The notes: generated by a model not told the origin, from the letters alone. A stretch of DNA of 64,000 nucleotides from Eledone cirrhosa (GCA_964016885.1 OZ024764.1:1674001-1738000); one strand, 5' to 3'; positions 39,801-52,600 are shown, counted from the first letter of the stretch. Numbers and translations are program-made.

Positions 39801-42800
39801 GTGTCCTTGGCCCTAGGACCACCTCCCTACTGACCACAGAGTTGGTTACCTGTAGCAGTGGAGACTTCTGGTGTCCTTGGCCCTAGGACCACCATCCTAC
39901 TGACCACAGAGTTGGCTACCTGTAGCAGTGGAGACTTCTGGTGTCCTTGGCCCTAGGACCACCTCCCTACTCACCACAGAGTTGGCTACCTGTAGCAGTG
40001 GAGACTTCTGGTGTCCTTGGCCCTAGGACCACCTCCCTACTCACCACAGTTGGCTACCTGTAGCAGTGGAGACTTCTGGTGTCCCTGGCCCTAGGACCAC
40101 CTCCCTACTGACCACAGAGTTGGCTACCTGTAGCAGTGGAGACTTCTGGTGTCCCTGGCCCTAGGACCACCTCCCTACTCACCACAGAGTTGGTTACCTG
40201 TAGCAGTGGAGACTTCTGGTGTCCTTGGCCCTAGGACAACCTCCCTACTGACCACAGAGTTGGCTACCTGTAGCAGTGGAGACTTCTGGTGTCCTTGGCC
40301 CTAGGACCACCTCCCTACTCACCACAGAGTTGGCTACCTCTAGCAGTGGAGACTTCTGGTGTCCTTGGCCCTAGGACCACCTCCCTACTGACCACAGAGT
40401 TGGTTACCTGTAGCAGTGGAGACTTCTGGTGTCCTTGGCCCTAGGACCACCATCCTACTGACCACAGAGTTGGCTACCTGTAGCAGTGGAGACTTCTGGT
40501 GTCCTTGGCCCTAGGACCACCTCCCTACTCACCACAGTTGGCTACCTGTAGCAGTGGAGACTTCTGGTGTCCTTGGCCCTAGGACCACCATCCTACTGAC
40601 CACAGAGTTGGCTACCTGTAGCAGTGGAGACTTCTGGTGTCCTTGGCCCTAGGACCACCATCCTACTGACCACAGAGTTGGCTACCTGTAGCAGTGGAGA
40701 CTTCTGGTGTGCTAGGCTCTAGGACCACCTCCCTACTGACCACAGAGTTGGTTACCTGTAGCAGTGGAGACTTCTGGTGTCCTTGGCCCTAGGACCACCT
40801 CCCTACTGACCACAGAGTTGGCTACCTGTAGCAGTGGAGACTTCTGGTGTCCTTGGCCCTAGGACCACCTCCCTACTCACCACAGAGTTGGCTACCTGTA
40901 GCAGTGGAGACTTCTGGTGTCCTTGGCCCTAGGACCACCTCCCTACTCACCACAGTTGGCTACCTGTAGCAGTGGAGACTTCTGGTGTCCCTGGCCCTAG
41001 GACCACCTCCCTACTGACCACAGAGTTGGCTACCTGTAGCAGTGGAGACTTCTGGTGTCCCTGGCCCTAGGACCACCTCCCTACTGACCACAGAGTTGGC
41101 TACCTGTAGCAGTGGAGACTTCTGGTGTCGTTGGCCCTAGGACCACCTCCCTACTGACCACAGAGTTGGCTTCTGGTGTCTTTGGCCCTAGGACAACCTC
41201 CCTACTGACCACAGAGTTGGCTACCTGTAGCAGTGGAGACTTCTGGTGTCCTTGGCCCTAGGACCACCTCCCTACTCACCACAGAGTTGGCTACCTGTAG
41301 CAGTGGAGACTTCTGGTGTCCTTGGCCCTAGGACCACCTCCCTACTGACCACAGAGTTGGCTACCTGTAGCAGTGGAGACTTCTGGTGTCCTTGGCCCTA
41401 GGACCACCATCCTACTGACCACAGAGTTGGCTACCTGTAGCAGTGGAGACTTCTGGTGTCCTTGGCCCTAGGACCACCTCCCTACTCACCACAGAGTTGG
41501 CTACCTGTAGCAGTGGAGACTTCTGGTGTCCTTGGCCCTAGGACCACCTCCCTACTGACCACAGAGTTGGTTACCTGTAGCAGTGGAGACTTCTGGTGTG
41601 CTAGGCTCTAGGACCACCTCCCTACTCACCACAGAGTTGGCTACCTCTAGCAGTGGAGACTTCTGGTGTCCTTGGCCCTAGGACCACCTCCCTACTGACC
41701 ACAGAGTTGGCTACCTGTAGCAGTGGAGACTTCTGGTGTCCTTGGCCCTAGGACCACCTCCCTACTTACCACAGAGTTGGCTACCTGTAGCAGTGGAGAC
41801 TTCTGGTGTCCTTGGCCCTAGGACCACCTCCCTACTTACCACAGAGTTGGCTACCTGTAGCAGTGGAGACTTCTGGTGTCCTTGGCCCTAGGACCACCTC
41901 CCTACTCACCACAGAGTTGGTTACGTGTAGCAGTGGAGACTTCTGGTGTCCTTGGCCCTAGGACCACCTCCCTACTGACCACAGAGTTGGCTACCTGTAG
42001 CAGTGGAGACTTCTGGTGTCCTTGGCCCTAGGACCACCATCCTACTGACCACAGAGTTGGCTACCTCTAGCAGTGGAGACTTCTGGTGTCCTTGGCCCTA
42101 GGACCACCTCCCTACTCACCACAGAGTTGGCTACCTGTAGCAGTGGAGACTTCTGGTGTCCTTGGCCCTAGGACCACCTCCCTACTCACCACAGAGTTGG
42201 CTACCTGTAGCAGTGGAGACTTCTGGTGTCATTGGCCCTAGGACCACCTCCCTACTCACCACAGAGTTGGCTACCTGTAGCAGTGGAGACTTCTGGTGTC
42301 CTTGGCCCTAGGACCACCTCCCTACTGACCACAGAGTTGGCTACCTGTAGCAGTGGAGACTTCTGGTGTCCTTGGCCCTAGGACCACCATCCTACTGACC
42401 ACAGAGTTGGCTACCTGTAGCAGTGGAGACTTCTGGTGTCCTTGGCCCTAGGACCACCTCCCTACTCACCACAGAGTTGGCTACCTGTAGCAGTGGAGAC
42501 TTCTGGTGTCCTTGGCCCTAGGACCACCTCCCTACTGACCACAGAGTTGGCTACCTGTAGCAGTGGAGACTTCTGGTGTCCTTGGCCCTAGGACCACCTC
42601 CCTACTGACCACAGAGTTGGCTACCTGTAGCAGTGGAGACTTCTGGTGTCCTTGGCCCTAGGACCACCATCCTACTGACCACAGAGTTGGCTACCTGTAG
42701 CAGTGGAGACTTCTGGTGTCCTTGGCCCTAGGACCACCTCCCTACTCACCACAGAGTTGGCTACCTGTAGCAGTGGAGACTTCTGGTGTCCTTGGCCCTA

Positions 42801-43270
42801 GGACAACCTCCCTACTGACCACAGAGTTGGCTACCTGTAGCAGTGGAGACTTCTGGTGTCCTTGGCCCTAGGACCACCTCCCTACTCACCACAGAGTTGG
42901 CTACCTCTAGCAGTGGAGACTTCTGGTGTCCTTGGCCCTAGGACCACCTCCCTACTCACCACAGAGTTGGCTACCTCTAGCAGTGGAGACTTCTGGTGTC
43001 CTTGGCCCTAGGGTTACCTCCCTACTCACCACAGAGTTGGCTACCTGTAGCAGTGGAGACTTCTGGTGTCCTTGGCCCTAGGACCACCTCCCTACTGACC
43101 ACAGTTGGCTACCTGTAGCAGTAGAGACTTCTGGTGTCCCTGGCCCTAGGGCTACCTCCCTACTGACCACCATAGGTACAGAGCTGGCTCCCTGCAAGAG
43201 TGAACCTTGTGAGCTGGAATGGCTTTTTCAGCGCATCTCCTTCACCATCCTCTGGTGAAACGCCTTCTTT
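33880..43270 (+). mobile_element. CRE-clade non-LTR retrotransposon RLE-domain fragment split by a 9-kb 70-bp satellite
   Basis: Left of the array: DGMTISPFRSGKPPICDATCSDTF...AALRSEECKLSKY...PLAVETSGALGP. Right of the array: EPCELEWLFQRISFTILW*NA, matching the CRE-type LFQRIS.AI.RGNA ending. Confidence 0.75.
34075..43170 (+). repeat. 70-bp satellite, about 130 units
   Basis: Unit agagttggctacctgtagcagtggagacttctggtgtccttggccctaggaccacctccctactcaccac with recurrent variant blocks. Confidence 0.97.
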
Positions 43271-43572
43271 ATTTTGTCCAACAGGGCCGTGGGGTGTTTA
43301 GCACGTGGGACCCCATTTGCTCATAATAGTGTGAGATGGAGATGGTGGGAGAGACAGGGGTAATGACAGTGGGAATTTGGTTCCTCTGTGTTTCGGACCT
43401 GGGGTATATGAGAGAGAGAGAAAGAGGCAGTGACAGTGGGAGTTTGGTTCTGTGTATTTTTACACTATCAACCCTTTCAGTCGACACCTATAAGATGAAA
43501 CATCCAATAAGTTGCTTCGCTATTTAAAATTCCCACCAAGCCAGATCAAATTACAAAAGTTTATATCTGTCT

Positions 43573-46143
43573 AGACACTGCATCCTTTAAAACCCCCACA
43601 GTACAAACTACCTGCATCAGTTGTTAGCTGTCACGACACTGCATCCTTTAAAACCTCCATGGAACAAACTACCTGCATCAGTTGTAAGCTGTCGAGACAC
43701 TGCATCCTTTAAAACCTCCATGGAACAAACTACCTGCATCAGTTGTTAGCTGTCACGACACTGCATCCTTTAAAACCTCCATGGAACAAACTACCTGCAT
43801 CAGTTGTTAGCTGTCGAGACACTGCATCCTTTAAAACCTCCATGGAACAAACTACCTGCATCAGTTGTTAGCTGTCACGACACTGCATCCTTTAAAACCT
43901 CCATGGAACAAACTACCTGCATCAGTTGTTAGCTGTCGAGACACTGCATCCTTTAAAACCTCCATGGAACAAACTACCTGCATCAGTTGTTAGCTGTCAC
44001 GACACTGCATCCTTTAAAACCTCCATGGAACAAACTACCTGCATCAGTTGTTAGCTGTCGAGACACTGCTTCCTTTAAAACCTCCATGGAACAAACTACC
44101 TGCATCAGTTGTTAGCTTTCGAGACACTGCATCCTTTAAAACCTCCATGGAACAAACTACCTGCATCAGTTGTTAGCTGTCGAGACACTGCATCCTTTAA
44201 AACCTCCATGGAACAATCTACCTGCATCAGTTGTTAGCTGTCGAGACACTGCATCCTTTAAAACCTCCATGGAACAAAGTACCAGCATCAGTTGTTAGCT
44301 GTCACGACACTGCATCCTTTAAAACCTACATGGAACAAACTACCTGCATCAGTTGTTAGCTGTCGAGACACTACATCCTTTAAAACCTCCATGGAACAAA
44401 CTACCTGCATCAGTTGTTAGCTGTCACGACACTGCATCCTTTAAAACCTCCATGGAACAAACTACCTGCATCAGTTGTTAGCTGTCGAGACACTGCATCC
44501 TTTAAAACCTCCATGGAACAAACTACCTGCATCAGTTGTTAGCTGTCACGACACTGCATCCTTTAAAACCTCCATGGAACAAACTACCTGCATCAGTTGT
44601 TAGCTGTCGAGACACTGCATCCTTTAAAACCTCCATAGAACAAACTACCTGTATCAGTTGTTAGCTGTCACGACACTGCATCCTTTAAAACCTCCATGGA
44701 ACAAACTACCTGCATCAGTTGTTAGCTGTCACGACACTGCATCCTTTAAAACCTCCATGGAACAAACTACCTGCATCAGTTGTTAGCTGTCGAGACACTG
44801 CATCCTTTAAAACCTCCATGGAACAAACTACCTGCATCAGTTGTTAGCTGTCACGACACTGCATCCTTTAAAACCTCCATGGAACAAACTACCTGCATCA
44901 GTTGTTAGCTGTCGAGACACTGCTTCCTTTAAAACCTCCATGGAACAAACTACCTGCATCAGTTGTTAGCTGTCGAGACACTGCATCCTTTAAAACCTCC
45001 ATGGAACAAACTACCTGCATCAGTTGTTAGCTGTCGAGACACTGCATCCTTTAAAACCTCCATGGAACAAACTACCTGCATCAGTTGTTAGCTGTCGAGA
45101 CACTACATCCTTTAAAACCTCCATGGAACAAACTACCTGCATCAGTTGTTAGCTGTCGAGACACTGCATCCTTTAAAACCTCCATGGAACAAACTACCTG
45201 CATCAGTTGTTAGCTGTCGAGACACTGCATCCTTTAAAACCTCCATGGAACAAACTACCTGCATCAGTTGTTAGCTGTCGAGACACTGCATCCTTTAAAA
45301 CCTCCATGGAACAAACTACCTGCATCAGTTGTTAGCTGTCGAGACACTGCTTCCTTTAAAACCTCCATGGAACAAACTACCTGCATCAGTTGTTAGCTGT
45401 CGAGACACTGCTTCCTTTAAAACCTCCACAGTACAAACTACCTGCATCAGTTGTTAGCTGTCATGACACTGCATCCTTTAAAACCTCCATGGAACAAACT
45501 ACCTGCATCAGTTGTTAGCTGTTGAGACACTGCATCCTTTAAAACCTCCATGGAACAAACTACCTGCATCAGTTGTTAGCTGTCGAGACACTGCATCCTT
45601 TAAAACCTCCATGGAACAAACTACCTGCATCAGTTGTTAGCTGTCGAGACACTGCCTCCTTTAAAACCTCCATGGAACAAACTACCTGCATCAGTTGTTA
45701 GCTGTCGAGACACTGCATCCTTTAAAACCTCCATGGAACAAACTACCTCCATCAGTTGTTAGCTGTCGAGACACTGCATCCTTTAAAACCTCTATGGAAC
45801 AAACTACCTGCATCAGTTGTTAGCTGTCGAGACACTGCATCCTTTAAAACCTCCATGGTACAAACTACCTGCATTAGTTGTTAGCTGTCGAGACACTGCA
45901 TCCTTTAAAACCTCCATGGTACAAACTACCTGCATCAGTTGTTAGCTGTCGAGACACTGCATCCTTTAAAACCTCCATGGAACAAACTACCTGCATCAGT
46001 TGTTAGCTGTTGAGACACTGCATCCTGTAAAACCTCCATACGAGATTCGCCAACACTACACCTAATATCCCCCTCCATACACACACACATGTATATCATG
46101 ACTCATACACTGTTCACTTCCCTGACATTTGTATGTTATTCTA
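43573..46143 (+). mobile_element. CR1-like LINE 3' end with 61-bp array (about 40 units) and 3'UTR
   Basis: Unit encodes WNKLPASVVSCRDTASFKTS, a CR1 ORF2 C-terminal motif; followed by the same tail as the 56-kb copy. Confidence 0.85.
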
Positions 46144-46381
46144 GAATTGGCAGTATCAGTAGAGGGTCGGATGCCATGCTTTGCAGCAAAGAGTTACGTC
46201 CCTTTATGGTCTGAGTTAAAACCCCACCGAGGTTAACTTTGCCTTTCATCCTTACGGGGTCGATAAAATAAAGTACCAGTAATGTACTGGGGTATTTGCT
46301 GGCCTTGTTCCAATAGTTGAAACAAATATTATTATTAAATATATATTATCATCATCATCATTTTACGTTCGCTTTTCCCTG

Positions 46382-46404
46382 CATATATGTGTGTGTGAGT
46401 TAGT

Positions 46405-46471
<67 letters not shown>

Positions 46472-46710
46472 TATGTATTTGTGACCAAGTAAATAGTAAT
46501 ATATATATAAATAATAAAGAATAATATTAAATATATTTATAATTTTTTATATAAAATTATTGTATATATATATACAATAATTTTATATAAAAAATTGTAA
46601 ATACATTTAATATTATTCTTTATTATTTATATATATATTACTATTTACTTGGTCACAAATACACACACACATACACACACACACACACACACTAACTCAC
46701 ACACATATAT
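46382..46710. repeat. AT-rich fold-back palindrome including mirrored (TG)n/(CA)n
   Basis: gtgagttagtgtg...gtgaccaagtaaatag... is mirrored by ...ctatttacttggtcac...cacactaactcac, centred near 46568. Confidence 0.85.
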
Positions 46711-46717
46711 ATATATA

Positions 46718-46985
46718 ACCGGGTGATGTGAGCAAGACACTTTATTTCACATTGCTCCAGTTTACTCAGCTGTAGAAATGAGATGATAGGGACTGGGGTC
46801 CCTATCATTCCACTGCAAAGTGGTCGTGGAGGTGCCACGGCAAAAAATCACCCAGCACTCACTGTAAATGAGGTTGGTGTTAGGAAGGGCATCCAGCTGT
46901 AGAAATCAAGCCAGAATCAGTTCCCATCCCACCCTTGCAAGCAGGGAAGGGCGGACGTAAAATGAAATGAATGATGAATGATGAT
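46718..46985 (+). mobile_element. 5'-truncated family-1 SINE
   Basis: Homologous to 50719-51064. Confidence 0.85.
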
Positions 46986-47232
46986 AACAAAGGTGTGGAA
47001 AAAACCAGGTGGACCATAACCAACCAGAGTACTCAATACTTGGGGTAGTAGAGTGGGTAATATGAAATGATTCAGGACCCCGAACTAAAGTATTCGAAGG
47101 CGGGAATCTAGTCCTTTAGGAGTTGAGTTAGATTCCCGTCGCTTTAGTTAGGTACTAGCTGTCGAAACGGCCGGAGCTCAGCCGTTGGGGTCCTGTATCT
47201 TTCCATATATATATATATATATATATAATATA

Positions 47233-48014
47233 TAAGATCAAAAGATGGTTAAAGGAGTTCCATGTATTTTATTATGCGCATTTCAAAAACAAACATCATC
47301 ATGCAATAATATTTGTGTTTTCATCAGATAAAACAGGAGGACATGATATGAAGGCTAAAAAACACTTGTGGATAGTGCAGTTCTAAACCAACATATGAAA
47401 AGTAATTTTAGATTGATGTGTGATATTGGGAAAAATATTTTATTTAGAGAGGGGGGTGGAAAGGATGAAAAAAGGGGAGGAGATGAGAGTGAAGGTGGAG
47501 AGGGAGAGATGGGTGATAGAGAGAAAGAGTTTATAACTGAGAAAAGATATATATAGTTTTTATATCTGAGAAAAGATATATAACTGAGAAAAGATATATA
47601 TCTTTTCTCAGTTATAAAAACTATCTCTTTCTCTCTATCACCCATCTCTCCCTCTCCACCTTCACTCTCATCTCCTCCCCTTTTTTCATCCTTTCCACCC
47701 CCCTCTCTAAATAAAATATTTTTCCCAATATCACACATCAATCTAAAATTACTTTTCATATGTTGATTTAGAACTGAACTATCCACAAGTGTTTTTTAGC
47801 CTTCATATCATGTTCTGTTTTATCTGATGAAAACACAAATATTATTGCATGATGATGTTTGTTTTTGAAATGCGCATAATAAAATACATGGAACTCCTTT
47901 AACCATCTTTTGATCTTATATATTATGTATACTCCAGTCCTACAAACTGTAGAGTGCTTCTTATCCGATATCTGCATTGCTTTATTGTACTACAATAAAA
48001 CTCACCCCCTACAT

Positions 48015-48015
<1 letters not shown>
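47233..48015 (+). mobile_element. Penelope-type fold-back insertion with about 330-bp arms; hammerheads at 47267-47333 (-) and 47818-47884 (+)
   Basis: Same outer boundary, hammerhead and unique tail as 16517-16935 but with longer arms; flanked by (TA)n. Confidence 0.78.
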
Positions 48016-48046
<31 letters not shown>

Positions 48047-48224
48047 TGTAATAAACACCATAAAATAATTATTTCATTTACCAGTGGTTTCTTGAAAGCA
48101 AACAAATCTGCTTTCAGTCGTCAGAATGAAAAAATCCTGATGTTTTTACTGGTACTTTCATTCTGACGTTTTTACTGGTGTGTTTTTACTGGTTTTTTTT
48201 TATGTCTGGTGTTTTTACTGGTAC

Positions 48225-48284
48225 TTTCATTCTGACGACTGAAAGTAAATTTGTTTGCTTTCAAGAAACCACTGGTAAATGAAA
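48225..48284 (+). ncRNA. Hammerhead ribozyme motif (inverted copy at about 48072-48131, minus)
   Basis: TTTCATT-CTGACGA-C-TGAAAGTAAA/TTTGCTTTCA-A-GAAA-CCACTGG-TA-AATGAAA: 7-bp stem I, 10-bp stem II, GUA site; inside fold-back 48040-48315. Confidence 0.7.
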
Positions 48285-48411
48285 TAATTATCTTATGTTG
48301 TTTATTACATAACTATTAAGCTCTGTAACCTACACAGAGCACTCTTTTTTCCTGGACCTTTTCGACGGAATTACTTCATTTACACACATATATATATATA
48401 TATATATATAT

Positions 48412-49720
48412 CATCATCATCATTTAACGTCTATCTTCCACGCTAGCATGGGTTTAGACGGGAATTGTCCCATTTGAGGCAAGATTGGTCGTCTCGCTCA
48501 TATAGAACTGTCTGGCAGGTTTTTCTACGGCTGGATGCCCTTCCTAACACCAATCACATTTACAGTGTGGACTGGGAGGTTTTTACCGTGTTACCTACAC
48601 GGCCACATTACAGCGTGGACTGTGTGTTTTTTTGTCGTGACACCTCCACGACCTCCTCATTTATTTAGGACTGGATGTTGTGGTACCAACATAACTGTAC
48701 AGAGAGAGGGTGGTGTGGGTGGGAGTAGGGGTAGTGGGATGGGGTGTATATTTGGTTAAGAGGTGCCTACTGACTGTAGGTTTAACTTTGTAGTTACAGA
48801 AGGCGGGTCTTCTGTATAACTGTAGCACCAAAGATCTCGGTCCAGTGACATTGTCTTGGAGAGGTGTAAGTGTGTAAGGTCAGATTTTATCATGTCATCG
48901 CAGGTTTTTCTGGGTCTACCTACTCCGTAACTTCCATCTATTTTGATCGCTCTGCACTTTTTTATACAGCTGTCATCTTACATGTGCATCACGTGACCAA
49001 CGTAGTATTCTCTCGAGTAAACAACATCTGATCCCTCTTATTCCTAATTTCTCACTTAGTTCATTTATGCTTTGCTGTTCACGTATATTACTATTACACA
49101 TCCAACGGAGCATGCATGCTTCGTTGCTCTCCAGTCTGCGCAGGTCCTCTGCACACAAAGCCCATGTCTCACTGCCATGTAACATTGCTGTTCGTATGCA
49201 GGCATCATACAGTCTGCCTTTCATTTTTAGGGAGAAACCTTTAGCGGCCAATAGCGGTATAAGCTCTCTGAACTTTTTCTATCCCGTTCTGACTCTAGCT
49301 ACTGTACTTTCAGAGCACCCTCCACCACTGCTGATTTTGTCACCCAGGTAACGGAAGGTGTCCACTATTTCTATAGAACCATCTGGGCAATGGAAGGAGC
49401 TAGTATCCTGTGGGCGCTTGCTACTTATTGCACCTGAGCACCAGCCACATATAAAATCTATGTTCTTGGTTAGTTTACCTGTGATCCCACTACATCTTTT
49501 ATGCACCCTTACTTTGCATTTGGGACATAAAATGGAATTTCTGCCTACTCCTTTCCTACACACTGAGCATGGCCATTTCCCAGATGGGACCGGTGCCCTA
49601 TTTTCCTTTCTACAAACTAGAAATTTAGTCTTAGACAAGTTAACTTTAAGGTCTTTTTATTCTAGGCCATGCTTCCATATTTGGAATTTCTTCTCTAGTT
49701 CATCCATCGATTCAGCTATA
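48412..49720 (-). mobile_element. 5'-truncated RTE LINE: RT C-terminus with PHD-like Cys/His insert, 3'UTR and (TGA)n tail
   Basis: WPCSVCRKGVGRNSILCPKCKVRVHKRCSG...FICGWC, FRYLGD, MLHGSETWAL, GRPRKT. Confidence 0.9.
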
Positions 49721-49896
49721 TATATCATCATCATCATCATCATTTCATTTTACGTCCGCTTTTCCCCTGCTTGCAAGGGTGGGACGGTAACTGATTTTGG
49801 CTTGATTTCTACAGCTGGATGTAATATATGATATATATATATATAATATTAATTCAAAATATTAATAAATGTAGACATTCACGTAATCAAAATATA

Positions 49897-49958
49897 TTTT
49901 ATTATATATATTTCGGAGGTACTGTGCTGTTTTTTCAGTACGTCCTCATCAGATAAAA
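49897..49958 (-). ncRNA. Minimal type-I hammerhead ribozyme motif (partial inverted copy 49968-50020)
   Basis: TTTTAT-CTGATGA-GGACGTACTG/CAGTACCTCC-GAAA-TATATA-TA-ATAAAA. Confidence 0.8.
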
Positions 49959-50149
49959 TATATAAATTGATGAGGACGTACTGAAAAAACAGCACAGTAC
50001 CTCCGAAATATATATAATACATTTATTAATATTTTGAATTAATATTAATAACTCCAGAAAACTTCTTTGTTGAGTGCTTCAAATCTATTGTAAAACTATA
50101 TTCATTGATTAATCAGTGAACCTTGTTTAACTTTTGGTTATATTTATTT

Positions 50150-50499
50150 CATCATCATCATCATCATCATTTCATTTTACGTCCGCTTTTTCCCTGCTTG
50201 CAAGGGTGGGACGGGAACTGATGCTGGCTTGATTTCTACAGCTGGATGCCCTTCCTAACACCAACCTCATTTACAGTGAGTGCTGGGTGCTTTTTTGCCG
50301 TGGCACCTCCACGACCACTTTGCAGTGGAATGATAGGGACTCCAGTCCCTATCATCTCATTTCTACAGCTGAGTAAACTGGAGCAATGTGAAATAAAGTG
50401 TCTTGCTCAAGGAAACAACACATCACCCGGTCTGAGAATTGAACTCACAACCTTTCGATTGCAAGGCCAATGCTCTAACCACTAAGCCATGTGCCTCCA
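50150..50499 (-). mobile_element. Full-length family-1 SINE
   Basis: Near-identical to 30160-30493. Confidence 0.9.
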
Positions 50500-50718
50500 T
50501 ATATATATAAATTTTAGTACAGCATAGACGAAGCTCTAGTATACGGCCAAGCTAGCGTGTATGCTTATTCGGTTTGTAGCTTTAGCACTCAGATGAGGTA
50601 AGATCCCAGAGTAATAACATTATGTTCAGACAGCTTAGCAAATTAGATATAGCAGTCGGCAGTCCGACCGCATCACTAGAGCAACGAAAATACAGGACCC
50701 AGGAAAAGTATATATATT

Positions 50719-51064
50719 GGAGGCACATAGCTTAGTGGTTAGAGCATTGGCCTTGCAATCGAAAGGTTGTGAGTTCAATTCTCAGACCGAGTGATGTGTT
50801 GTTTCCTTGAGCAAGACACTTTATTTCACATTGCTCCAGTTTACTCAGCTGTAGAAATGAGATGTTAGGGACTGGGGTCCCTATTATTCCACTGCAAAGT
50901 GGTCGTGGAGGTGCCACGGCAAAAAAGTACCCAGCACTCACTGTAAATGAGGTTGGTGTTAGGAAGGGCATCCAGCTGTAGAAATCAAGCCAGAATCAGT
51001 TCCCGTCCCACCCTTGCAAGCAGGGAGAAGCGGACGTAAAATGAAATGAAAATGAATGAAATGA
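50719..51064 (+). mobile_element. Full-length family-1 SINE (head-to-head with 50150-50499)
   Basis: ggaggcacatagcttagtggttagagc...gagttcaattc...ggacgtaaaatgaaatga. Confidence 0.9.
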
Positions 51065-51300
51065 TATATATATATATATAAGTTCTATTTAAATTGTTGG
51101 GATACAACAAGCAAATATTTTTATAACTGATATAAAGCACTCAACAAATTATTGGAGTAAAAATACGATATATTAACAAATGGAAACTATATTTATAAAA
51201 CCAGGAGCTTCCAACAGAAATGGTCGCATTCTTTAAGGGTATGTCAATATTTATTTATAAAACTGCTCTATATTATATTATAAAACTGCTCTATATTATA

Positions 51301-51361
51301 TTTTATCTGATGAAAGCACACCATAATTTAACTTAGTGTCCTTGAAATATGTATAATGAAA
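51301..51361 (+). ncRNA. Minimal type-I hammerhead ribozyme motif
   Basis: TTTTAT-CTGATGA-AAGCACAC/GTGTCCTT-GAAA-TATGTA-TA-ATGAAA; host element 51080-51410 is related to 17530-17760. Confidence 0.72.
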
Positions 51362-51664
51362 TAAATATGGTTTTATAAATATAGTTTCCATTTGTTAATA
51401 TATCGTATATATATATATAGGACAGACCAAAATAAAAACCTAGTCACTGAGGAGGTCACAGAATGTGTGACGAAAGAGCTTTGACAATATATAAACAGCC
51501 TTCCAGTTATCGAACCATGCAGTCAACAGGTGCATGTGTTTTTATTGTCAGCATGACTCCGATACAATATTTGTTTCAATAGGTTTTTAGATAAGAAATT
51601 TTGCAAAACAAAATATATATATATTTAGTTAATCTAATCACACATTTACTTCCTGAAAATATAT

Positions 51665-51708
<44 letters not shown>

Positions 51709-51899
51709 GCACACACACACATATATACACACGTTCACACATAGACACACGCATATATATATATACTTACGCACATATATACACACACGTTCACACACAC
51801 ATATATACACACGTTCACAAATACACACACATATATATAGTATTAGTTATACTATTTATGGTTATGTAAATACAAAACCTTAAGCAGTTGTAAGTATTT

Positions 51900-52600
51900 T
51901 ACACACACCCTAAACGTTTCTAGAAACGTAACAACCTCCTGTATCGAACTAAAGAACACCAGACTACGATCTCTAACTGGATTGTCGTGGATTATGTGAA
52001 GGGCATATAATCGAAAAATACACTCCCCTGACCATGAAAATGCCGAAGTACATGAAATACTTGACATCCCTGCGCTGTGCATCTCCATTACTTATAACAC
52101 TTTTAATGCTTGCACTATCTTTAATGCTTACAATATTTCTCCACACACAGACTATATCAATCATATAAAGAATTTGCCACCAGATCTACCAACCTAACAC
52201 TCTTATTTACCTACCTAAGTACCTCTACCACACATATCTCTCTGCCACACTATATAAACAAGACGCACATGCGTGCCACACATATAACATTTGCACTATA
52301 TAACCGCTTATCTTCATGTTGTATTTTAACCTATATTTTTGATTTTTGATTGTACCTATTAATATAAATGTAATCTCGAAGTGTGTACTGCCACTCTAAA
52401 TTCTGTAATGAATGTTGACCCACAATGTTTGAATATGTATCAATGTTTGAATATGTGTTGGTATGTCTCTCGGCTGAAGAGGAGGTCATATAACTGTCCA
52501 TGCATTAATAAATTGCTCCGAAGAATCCAAACCTCGGTTTGGAGGAAACAGCTGTAAGCACAATAATATTTTGAACAGTTCTTTGATTCTTATATTTCAC
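51900..52600 (+). mobile_element. Highly decayed Penelope-like 3' end (GIY-YIG remnant + 3'UTR with hammerhead at 52514-52560)
   Basis: Frameshifted SRNV..RTKEH..HSPDHENAEV..NISP remnants; TGCT-CCGAAGA-(A)TCCAAACC/GGTTTGGA(G)-GAAA-CAGCTG-TA-AGCA with one core substitution. Confidence 0.5.

Noticed and set aside
47355-47786. Mirror-image ORFs on both strands (MDS.VLNQHMK...)
   Set aside because: They result from the DNA palindrome, with no recognisable protein.
51443-51485. Further hammerhead-like cores here and at about 17420-17458 and 24895-24955
   Set aside because: Each has a core substitution, an extra base or no convincing stem I/III; they are likely decayed copies and are not called as ribozymes.
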